From the IMG/VR virus record IMGVR_UViG_3300042879_005260, positions 29,514-93,513 of that record: a stretch of DNA of 64,000 nucleotides. The stretch is one strand, 5' to 3'. Source of the stretch: a virus (lineage: Duplodnaviria; Heunggongvirae; Uroviricota; Caudoviricetes). The translations under genes were made by a program, and so were the position numbers. Below are positions 1-7,732 of the stretch, piece after piece; position 1 is the first letter of the stretch; every line of letters starts with the position of its first letter. The notes under the pieces are model-generated. The model worked only from the letters and a program-made list of their open reading frames with translations, searched no databases and was not told the DNA's origin.

Positions 1-31
1 AAAGTCAGAAGATTATTATGAGATTGGTAAA

Positions 32-592
32 ATGTGTATGGATGAAAAAATGCCTAAAAATTCAGAATCTCAAATGTTATCCGCAGTTGTTAAATGGATG
101 AAGAAAAATCTGCCTGAAAAAAAGTTTTTATATACTTGGGCAGATGGTATTGTTGGAAAAGTGGGATATGTTTACCAAGGGTCTAATTTTAATTATGGTG
201 GTTTTATTTGGACTGATATTTACATTTCAGCAACTGGTGAAAAAATACATCCTAGAAGTTCAAAAGCTCTTTTAATTGAAAACGCAGAATTTGTGGGTAA
301 AGATAAATTATTTTGGATGACACCAGATTTTATGGCATTTAAAGGCATTCGAAGAGTTAGAGGCAAACAATTTAGATATATTTACCCTTTAAATAAAGAA
401 GCGAAAAAAATATTAGAAAAAAATTCCACAGTTGATTGGCAACAAAAATACCCAAAAGAAGGTGATTTATTGTGGAAAGAACAAACAGGAAAAGGTGTTT
501 ATGTCAATCTAATTGGAAAACCTGAAATGGATTTAAGTGTTGTTGAATATAACCAGAAAAATGTTAATTCACATAAAAAATTAACGGTATAA
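32..592 (+). CDS. hypothetical protein (may start upstream of window)
   Basis: ORF track 186 aa; no recognisable motif. Confidence 0.4.
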   Translation: MCMDEKMPKNSESQMLSAVVKWMKKNLPEKKFLYTWADGIVGKVGYVYQGSNFNYGGFIWTDIYISATGEKIHPRSSKALLIENAEFVGKDKLFWMTPDFMAFKGIRRVRGKQFRYIYPLNKEAKKILEKNSTVDWQQKYPKEGDLLWKEQTGKGVYVNLIGKPEMDLSVVEYNQKNVNSHKKLTV

Positions 593-1156
593 AGTTACGG
601 TACCTCTTTTATATCCGTTAAAACCTTTAATTGTTTTATATTCAACATAATAAACATAGACACCAGATGGGCAATCATCACCGTTAAGTTTTCCATCCCA
701 AAAGTCATTAAAATTTTCAGTTGCAAAAACCAAACCACCCCATTTATTGTAAACAAAAATTTTTATTTCTGCCATGTAAGAAGATATTGGTTGCCAAATA
801 TCATTGAGATTATTACTATTTGGTGTAAAAGCGTTTGGTATTGTGATAATCGGGATTCTACAATTTATTACTTTAACATCGTAAATTTCAGGTTCAGACC
901 TACAATATAATGTGTTTTCAGAAAAAAGAATTATTTTATAATCACCAACATCCTTAAAGGTATATGTCATTTCTTTACCCGTAAAAGAAAAGATTGGCCA
1001 ATTGTTTAATTTAATTTCCCAATAATATTCACAATCAGGCGAACCAATCGAATTGTATGTAAAAGTATTGTTACTATCTTCACATAATTCTATTGTTTGG
1101 TTTTGTGAATAAAGATTGAAATTTATAAATAAGAAAAGTAATAAAATTAATCGCAT
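581..1156 (-). CDS. secreted protein with T9SS type B C-terminal sorting domain
   Basis: N-terminal signal peptide MRLILLLFLFINFNLYSQ; C-terminal IPNAFTPNSNNLNDIW...GVYVYYVEYK resembles gliding-motility/T9SS type B CTD. Confidence 0.55.
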   Translation of the reverse strand: MRLILLLFLFINFNLYSQNQTIELCEDSNNTFTYNSIGSPDCEYYWEIKLNNWPIFSFTGKEMTYTFKDVGDYKIILFSENTLYCRSEPEIYDVKVINCRIPIITIPNAFTPNSNNLNDIWQPISSYMAEIKIFVYNKWGGLVFATENFNDFWDGKLNGDDCPSGVYVYYVEYKTIKGFNGYKRGTVTLYR

Positions 1157-1157
1157 A

Positions 1158-1718
1158 TTAATTATGGCCTATTGGTGACAATATCGGTAATTGCATAACA
1201 TTTACGTTTATTATTGTTGTAAAGGTACAACCAGCGTTATTATAAGTATAAGTTATATTAAAAGAACCAGCACCACTATTAACAGGACAAAATGTTGTAC
1301 CAAAAACACCAGTTCCCGACCAAGTACCACCTGCTGGATTCGCTATTAAATTTTGGCAAGGAGCGTCTTCACACATGTCATTTAAAGTAACTACTATTGG
1401 GTTTACGTCATAAATAAAAACATCCAAAGTAACTAAAGGGCTTAAACAACCGACAGAATTACTAGCTTGAACTTGGACAGCGTTTGGTATTAAACCAGGG
1501 TTAGCGGTCGACCAATCTACTGTTATTTGATTTGTACCAGGACCTGATGTAATAACGCCAGGACTAACAACAGTCCAATTGTAAGTAAGTCCTGGTGTGT
1601 TTGGTACCTCATAAATTGAAACACCGGTTGACGAGTAACAAACTGTATCTGGGTTTACCGTTGTTAATTGGGCCATAACAGTTTTTGAGAATAATAGTAG
1701 TAATAATAGTTTTTTCAT
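1158..1718 (-). CDS. secreted Ig/PKD-like repeat protein
   Basis: signal peptide MKKLLLLLLFSKTVMA; Thr/Gly/Asn-rich repeats (ITVDWSTANPG); 1-bp gap to downstream T9SS-CTD gene. Confidence 0.45.
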   Translation of the reverse strand: MKKLLLLLLFSKTVMAQLTTVNPDTVCYSSTGVSIYEVPNTPGLTYNWTVVSPGVITSGPGTNQITVDWSTANPGLIPNAVQVQASNSVGCLSPLVTLDVFIYDVNPIVVTLNDMCEDAPCQNLIANPAGGTWSGTGVFGTTFCPVNSGAGSFNITYTYNNAGCTFTTIINVNVMQLPILSPIGHN

Positions 1719-1835
1719 ATTTTAAAATTGTTTATTCCAATATTTAGGCGGTATTAATTTAAGCTGCTTACTCACTTCCGATAAAAGTTTTAAAAGCTTT
1801 CTTTTTATTTTTTTGATTTTTCTTTTTTTAGCCAT

Positions 1836-2366
1836 TTATTTCCATCCTTTCCATTTAAAATATTGATAAGTCATTTGATAAAGTTCCACTGCTTTTGGGT
1901 ATGTTATCTCAAAAGTTTGTATTTCATTGTCTTTTACAATATCAATAAGATTTACGTTATTTAATAAAATAAATTTAAGTTTTTTTCGTGAGGCCTCATA
2001 ATAGGAATAAACAACCACATCATCGTTTTCTAAAAAATTAAAAGTTTTTTCTTCTTTAACTAATTTTAATTGGAATTTACTTTTGTCTGTGGTGAATAGA
2101 ATAAGACGTTTGTTTTGTAACAAATAGTCACCCTCAAAAGTGTTTTTAATTAATTTTGGTTCTAATAAACTTGATTTATTTTTATAGTATTGCTTTACGA
2201 TCAAAAAATCAGAGCTATCTTCATAACATAATGAAAACTCAACTTCTTCAGCATTATCACTAATTAATTTTGTAGAAGTAATTTCATGTACACTGTCACA
2301 TTGCGCATAAATCATATTTAAACACAGAAAAAACATTGTAGTAATTAAAGTTCTAAGTGCTGTCAT
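1836..2366 (-). CDS. secreted hypothetical protein
   Basis: N-terminal hydrophobic signal-like segment; 176 aa. Confidence 0.4.
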   Translation of the reverse strand: MTALRTLITTMFFLCLNMIYAQCDSVHEITSTKLISDNAEEVEFSLCYEDSSDFLIVKQYYKNKSSLLEPKLIKNTFEGDYLLQNKRLILFTTDKSKFQLKLVKEEKTFNFLENDDVVVYSYYEASRKKLKFILLNNVNLIDIVKDNEIQTFEITYPKAVELYQMTYQYFKWKGWK

Positions 2367-2377
2367 TTTTATTTTTT

Positions 2378-3622
2378 TTAATTTATCATAAGAATACGTT
2401 TTGTTATGTTATTACCTATTGTAACTATATAATTACCAGAAACAATGTCACCGACTTCAAAAGTTTGTGTACCAACAAATAAAATATTGTTAAATTTTTT
2501 AACACATTGGCCAGTTATATTGTAAATTTTAATATCACCACTTTTTTCTGTGACATTTTTAAAATTTAAAAAAATAAAATTTCTATCAGTAAAAACATCT
2601 ACAGTTTTATTTGTTTCTGAAAAAAAACCAGATGGATCCGAAATTTCAACAAGTACCGAATCTTCGGAAACACAAATACCATTGCTTGATTTTAATTTAA
2701 CAACATAAGTACCAACTTGGTTATAAACATGTGAAACCGTTGTTGAAATGGTGGAGTCAACCGCTGAACCATCACCAAAATCCCATATCTGACTTACTCC
2801 ATTAATAATTGTTGCATAAAAAATAATCGGGGTATTTATTATTCCAATAATTGGATTTATGTAATTAAATTGTATTTTAACAAAGTTAGTATTTGGGATT
2901 GTAACCCAATCCTCTATTATAAAACCATCTATTTGTAACAACATTTTATAGTTTCCAGATGTCAATAAAAAAAATATCGTATCAGATTCACCACTAAAAT
3001 CGGTAACAGTACCCAAAGTATCGTTTTCTGAGTTAATCAAAGTGATATCAACATCTAAAAAATTACTTAAATATTGAGTGACAATTAAACCACTACCATG
3101 TAAAACAGATTGTACCTGGCAAGGTTCTACGATTCCCGCCACAGTAAGAGGTGGGTGTATATGTATAAAAAACCTATTGTTAAATGTACCTGGAGTTAGT
3201 GAAACAGTAACACTGTTGTTTATTCTTAGGTTTTGTTTTAAACCTGTAATAGAATCTTCAATATAAATCATACTACTGGGTGGAAAACTACTAAAGTCAG
3301 AAACTGTTATTGTGTAATTTGCCAATGTTTGTATATAAAGGCCTAATGGTATTTTAAAATCTTTATTTAATTGACCCATAACGTTGATGGCCAATTTTTC
3401 ATTATCTATTATAGTGTAAATACTTGGGACACCTGGTAATGCCGCTAACATCTTTACACCGTCACTGCTTAGATTGAAACTATCACTTCCTAATGGGTCA
3501 AAATATATTACAGTTTCATCAGCACTATTATTACCTTGTAGTTCAATACACAATAGATTAGGTATTTCATTGGCGAATAAATTGGTTGTTATTAAGCAAA
3601 AAAATAGTAAAAACTTTTTCAT
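2378..3622 (-). CDS. secreted protein with T9SS type A (Por) C-terminal sorting domain
   Basis: signal peptide MKKFLLFFCLITTNLFA; C-terminus IKIYNITGQCV...GNYIVTIGN resembles Por secretion tail. Confidence 0.5.
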   Translation of the reverse strand: MKKFLLFFCLITTNLFANEIPNLLCIELQGNNSADETVIYFDPLGSDSFNLSSDGVKMLAALPGVPSIYTIIDNEKLAINVMGQLNKDFKIPLGLYIQTLANYTITVSDFSSFPPSSMIYIEDSITGLKQNLRINNSVTVSLTPGTFNNRFFIHIHPPLTVAGIVEPCQVQSVLHGSGLIVTQYLSNFLDVDITLINSENDTLGTVTDFSGESDTIFFLLTSGNYKMLLQIDGFIIEDWVTIPNTNFVKIQFNYINPIIGIINTPIIFYATIINGVSQIWDFGDGSAVDSTISTTVSHVYNQVGTYVVKLKSSNGICVSEDSVLVEISDPSGFFSETNKTVDVFTDRNFIFLNFKNVTEKSGDIKIYNITGQCVKKFNNILFVGTQTFEVGDIVSGNYIVTIGNNITKRILMIN

Positions 3623-3625
3623 AAA

Positions 3626-4222
3626 TTAATTGTGACTTATATTTGTTATATTAGGTAATGTAGTGTTTATTACACCATTGTAAATTGGAAAAGGCACTGT
3701 AGGACAAGAGTTATTAATCCAATTCCCCCAAGTACCGTCAGCACCTGCAGTCACTTGAATTAACAAACTTTGTGGTGTACAACTATTTGCAACAGTAACT
3801 TGAAAGCAAAAACTCCAAACACAAGTTGTTCCCTCATCTCCCCAATCATCGGAAGGGATGCCATTAAGTGGGCCATTAATACCAGAATCAAAAAACCAAC
3901 CTGGCCCAACCGCACCATTTGGTGTTAGATTATTAAATACCCATACCCATTGCCCACTACCTCCCCCACAATTTGCTGGTGCTGCCATTTGCTGTAGGTT
4001 CGTCCAACCTGAGCCTAAGTTAATATCGAAACCTTCTAACCAATTTGAACCAACATTTAAACCTGGCCAACCATTCATGGTGTAACACACTGTTACTACA
4101 GTACCTGGGGTATACCCACCAGCTGGAGGAGGTGGATTTAATGTAAATGTTTGGTTACCTACACATTGACCGTAAATAAAATTACTAATTAAGATGAGTA
4201 TAACTACTAAAAATCTTTTCAT
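3626..4222 (-). CDS. secreted Gly/Trp/Asn-rich protein
   Basis: signal peptide; ends ...NISHN like the 1158..1718 product (...PIGHN); paired with downstream T9SS-CTD gene. Confidence 0.4.
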   Translation of the reverse strand: MKRFLVVILILISNFIYGQCVGNQTFTLNPPPPAGGYTPGTVVTVCYTMNGWPGLNVGSNWLEGFDINLGSGWTNLQQMAAPANCGGGSGQWVWVFNNLTPNGAVGPGWFFDSGINGPLNGIPSDDWGDEGTTCVWSFCFQVTVANSCTPQSLLIQVTAGADGTWGNWINNSCPTVPFPIYNGVINTTLPNITNISHN

Positions 4223-4917
4223 ATTTTGGATAATAAATCGTAACCATCAATAACTTCAATATCGTGATCATGTACAAAAGATAAACGCCTTTCTTTATCT
4301 CTATCGTCATCTAAGTTTTTAAAAGTTGATATTAATAATAATTTCTTATTTCTTTGGTTGGCATCCATCTTTTCATAAGTATATTTTGTAGTATCCCAAT
4401 TTAAAGATTCTATGGTAAAAATTTTTGAATCAACTTCTTTATTTGTTAATAAATTTTGGCCAAGTTCATACCAAGAAAATCCTAATTTAAATAATTTTTT
4501 TTGAAGTTTATAGGTTTCCTTAATATCAATACCGTTATAAAATAAAATAATAAAATTACCTTTTAGTACCGGTAAACCTTTACTATCTAAAGAACTTTTT
4601 TGAATATGTAGTTCATTTTTCCAAGAAAAACCTTCTTTAAAAACTTTAACAAGGCCTTTGGAAGCTAAATCTTCAAGATGTGACTTACCAAAAGTACTTG
4701 TTGAGTAACCGTCTTCATCTTTAAAAATGTAAGCTTCATAAGTTTCATTATTATTATTTTGATAAAAATCTAATCTGTGTTCAGGGTCAAACTTCTGAAA
4801 TATTAAAATATCCCAATTATTACCGCTTTTGATTGCATATTTTCTACCCGGAACAAAATCTATTTTTTTAATTTCTTCGGGGTTTAGTACCCAATCGTAA
4901 TCATCAATTATTGACAT
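4219..4917 (-). CDS. hypothetical protein
   Basis: ORF track 232 aa. Confidence 0.4.
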   Translation of the reverse strand: MSIIDDYDWVLNPEEIKKIDFVPGRKYAIKSGNNWDILIFQKFDPEHRLDFYQNNNNETYEAYIFKDEDGYSTSTFGKSHLEDLASKGLVKVFKEGFSWKNELHIQKSSLDSKGLPVLKGNFIILFYNGIDIKETYKLQKKLFKLGFSWYELGQNLLTNKEVDSKIFTIESLNWDTTKYTYEKMDANQRNKKLLLISTFKNLDDDRDKERRLSFVHDHDIEVIDGYDLLSKI

Positions 4918-4975
4918 GTAAAATTATTTACTCTTAATTTTTAAATTCTTATTATTTGCATAAATATACAAAAAA

Positions 4976-5776
4976 ATGAATAAAATTCAAAAAATAATTC
5001 ACGTCGCTGACCTTCACATTCGTCTTTTCAAAAGGCATGACGAATATAAGGAACAATTTCAAAAATTTTTCGATGAATGTCGAAAACAAAAACCTGAACG
5101 TATTGTTGTTGTTGGTGACATTGTACATTCTAAAAATACCGTAACACCAGAATTAATAAGTATGGTAACTAATTTTTTTAATGAATGCACTAAAATAGCA
5201 AAAACAGTTGTTATTTTAGGTAATCATGATTTTTTAGTTAACAATTTAGACAGGATGGACACACTTTCACCTATATTTGAAAGTATGCAAAATCCAGATG
5301 TTATTTTTTATAAACACACTGGTTGTTATGTAGATGAGAATGTTGTTTGGTGTGTTTATGGGCATATGGAAGGATCCCAAAGACCTGAAATTGAAAAAGC
5401 AAGAGCAGAATATGGTGACGATAAAACTTATATTGGACTATATCATGATCCTTTGGTTGGTTTAAAAACGGCCATAGGTTTTGAATTTGAAGATGGCAAA
5501 GATGTTACTATATTTGAAGGTTGTGATGTGGTAATGTGTGGAGATATTCATTTATATGACGTTATGTATAATAGAGAAACACCGATTGTAATGCCTGGAA
5601 GTATGATAATGCAAGACTTCGGAGAAAAAGTTAAAGGACATGGTTACATACTTTGGGATGTTGAAACTAGATCTCATAAACAAATAGATATCCCTTCAGA
5701 TTATGGATTTTATACTTTTAAGATAAAATCTTTTGAGGATATTGAAAATGAATCTGAAAAATTGGTAAATGTCTAA
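4976..5776 (+). CDS. sbcD: Mre11/SbcD-family metallophosphoesterase nuclease subunit
   Basis: calcineurin-like motifs IHVADLHI, VVVGDIVH, GNHDF, GDIHLYD; lies upstream of Rad50/SbcC-like ATPase. Confidence 0.65.
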   Translation: MNKIQKIIHVADLHIRLFKRHDEYKEQFQKFFDECRKQKPERIVVVGDIVHSKNTVTPELISMVTNFFNECTKIAKTVVILGNHDFLVNNLDRMDTLSPIFESMQNPDVIFYKHTGCYVDENVVWCVYGHMEGSQRPEIEKARAEYGDDKTYIGLYHDPLVGLKTAIGFEFEDGKDVTIFEGCDVVMCGDIHLYDVMYNRETPIVMPGSMIMQDFGEKVKGHGYILWDVETRSHKQIDIPSDYGFYTFKIKSFEDIENESEKLVNV

Positions 5777-6362
5777 AGGTGATTTTAAAATAGAAAAAAT
5801 TACTAAAAAAGAGGCTGCAACAATTTTACTACATTATCATTATTTAAAAGATAAATCTAAAAGTTTTAAAAGTGGTTATAATTATGGCCTTTTTAAAGGT
5901 ACAGAATTATTAGGTGTTATTATTTTTACAGGTTTACCAGTCCCAGAATTGAGCAAAGGTATGTTGGGGTTGGAAAGAAATCAACAAGAAGGTTTATTTG
6001 AATTAAGTCGGTTATGCATACATCCCAAAATTCAAGGTCAAGAACATAATATAACCAGTTGGTTTGTTAGTAGAAGTATAAGAAAACTACGAAAAGAAAC
6101 AAATGTACGTTTAATATTAAGTTATGCTGATGCAGAATATCATGAAGGTGTTATTTATAAAGCATGTAATTTTACATATTATGGATTAACGGATTTTAAA
6201 AAAGATTTTTGGATACAACAAGAAGATGGTTCTTACATAAAACATTCCAGAGGCTCAATTAAAAATTTAAAAGGTGAATGGCGACCTAGAAGTCAAAAAC
6301 ATCGTTATATCCTTTTATTTGATAAAAGTTTAAATATTAAATGGAAATCCCATACGAAATAA
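5769..6362 (+). CDS. hypothetical protein
   Basis: ORF track 197 aa. Confidence 0.4.
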   Translation: MSKGDFKIEKITKKEAATILLHYHYLKDKSKSFKSGYNYGLFKGTELLGVIIFTGLPVPELSKGMLGLERNQQEGLFELSRLCIHPKIQGQEHNITSWFVSRSIRKLRKETNVRLILSYADAEYHEGVIYKACNFTYYGLTDFKKDFWIQQEDGSYIKHSRGSIKNLKGEWRPRSQKHRYILLFDKSLNIKWKSHTK

Positions 6363-6865
6363 AAGAAGAAATTTTAGAGTATTGTCGATTAAACAATATT
6401 AAAGAGACTGATAAGTTTATTTTTAAAATGATCCGCCAAGGATATACGGTTGAAAAATACGGCACCTCACCAATTGTGCCACAAGTAATTGAAAAAGAAA
6501 TTATTAAAGAGGTAGAAAAAATAGTTGAGGTTCCAGTTGAAGTTATTGTTGAAAAAGAAATTATTAAAGAAGTAATCAAAGAAGTGGAAAAAATAATTAC
6601 CGACGATAAACAGGTCCAAGAATTATTAGATAAAGTAGCTGATTTAGAGGTAAAATTGGAAGAAGAAAAACAAAAAGTTTCCAATAGTGAAATAAATAAA
6701 TTGTATCAAAAAATAAGTAATTTAGAAGCACTTTTAGAGTTAGAAAAAAACAGAAATAAAGTTGACAATAAAAATACAAACCCTTTTGGGGATAAAATTA
6801 AAAGTGCTATAAATTGGATATCTAAAGAAGATAGAGCAGAGAAAAAAGATTTATATGGTGAATAA
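6341..6865 (+). CDS. coiled-coil protein with internal tandem repeat
   Basis: KEIIKEVEKIVEVPVEVIVEKEIIKEV; underlying DNA repeat gaaaaagaaattattaaaga at 6490 and 6550. Confidence 0.45.
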   Translation: MEIPYEIKEEILEYCRLNNIKETDKFIFKMIRQGYTVEKYGTSPIVPQVIEKEIIKEVEKIVEVPVEVIVEKEIIKEVIKEVEKIITDDKQVQELLDKVADLEVKLEEEKQKVSNSEINKLYQKISNLEALLELEKNRNKVDNKNTNPFGDKIKSAINWISKEDRAEKKDLYGE

Positions 6866-6871
6866 AATTAT

Positions 6872-7264
6872 TTATCTTTCAAAGACATCACCTAAATCAT
6901 CAAATAGTTTTTTATATTCGTTTTTAATCCCTTCACTCAGTCCATCATCACTAAAAATTCTTAGAAAATGATTTAACAAAAATTCTAGATTAAAATTTTC
7001 AGCTTTTTCGTAGAAAAAATGACTATCAGTTTTATCTGGAATAATTTCACCTATAAAGTAATAAAAATTATTATTTCCATTTTCTTCATCTACAATATAA
7101 TCATAACCATTAAAAGATTTTTTACCTTTTAATTTTGTTTGAAATAATTTCATTAAAAATTCAGGATTTTTTGAAGCATCACTTGGTGGTATAATATTAT
7201 AATTTTCGATCCAATCAAAATCATCAAACTCTTCCCTTAATATTTTTCTTATAAGATTTTTCAT
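6872..7264 (-). CDS. array-associated family member (conserved N-terminal module only)
   Basis: N-terminus MKNLIRKILREEFDDFDW identical to family; start abuts distal end of mini-array A. Confidence 0.5.
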   Translation of the reverse strand: MKNLIRKILREEFDDFDWIENYNIIPPSDASKNPEFLMKLFQTKLKGKKSFNGYDYIVDEENGNNNFYYFIGEIIPDKTDSHFFYEKAENFNLEFLLNHFLRIFSDDGLSEGIKNEYKKLFDDLGDVFER

Positions 7265-7277
7265 ATTTTATAAATAT

Positions 7278-7378
7278 CAGGTCAACACCTTTCGTTTATG
7301 GGTCATCTCTAGCGCCGTGAAATTAAATGATGATCTAGGTCTGCTGTCAATACCTTTCGTTTATGGGTCATCTCTAGC
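7278..7378 (-). CRISPR. mini-array A: 2 repeats (36 bp), 1 spacer (29 bp)
   Basis: repeats 7278-7313 (degenerate distal) and 7343-7378 (gene-proximal, gctagagatgacccataaacgaaaggtattgacagc in gene sense); spacer 7314-7342. Confidence 0.6.
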
Positions 7379-7707
7379 ATACGCATACATAAGTCTTTGA
7401 TTTCCTGATTGTTAAGACCAAATTTTTGATTTAATTTTCTCCAAATTTTATCATAATTAACTAATAAAATCGGATTTTTTTCATCCCTATCCGCATCATC
7501 CGCCATTAAATTTAGCCCACTTTTATCCTTATATAACATCCAACCTGGATTTTTTTCCGAAGGAATCATCTTTAAATTTGACATAATTTCATATAAAAAC
7601 TCTTCAGCGGGAGAAAATTGTTTGGTGTTACCAATCAATTCTTCTGCCCAACCAAAATCATCAAATTGTTCTTTTAGAATTTGTTTTACTATTTCACTAA
7701 TTTTCAT
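7309..7707 (-). CDS. array-associated family protein (FDDFGW...LEMTHKRKVLT); 3' end runs into mini-array A
   Basis: homologous over full length to 21508..21873, 39154..39597, 52997..53419; C-terminal LEMTHKRKVLT encoded by first repeat; ORF tail is read-through of spacer. Confidence 0.55.
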   Translation of the reverse strand: MKISEIVKQILKEQFDDFGWAEELIGNTKQFSPAEEFLYEIMSNLKMIPSEKNPGWMLYKDKSGLNLMADDADRDEKNPILLVNYDKIWRKLNQKFGLNNQEIKDLCMRMLEMTHKRKVLTADLDHHLISRR

Positions 7708-7732
7708 TATATTTAGTCAATATCATATAAAT

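Noticed and set aside
7622-7732. N-terminal 37 codons of the track ORF for the Rad50/SbcC-like gene.
   Set aside because: Overlaps the minus-strand family gene 7309..7707. An internal ATG at 7733 (MSVKEK) gives a non-overlapping start.
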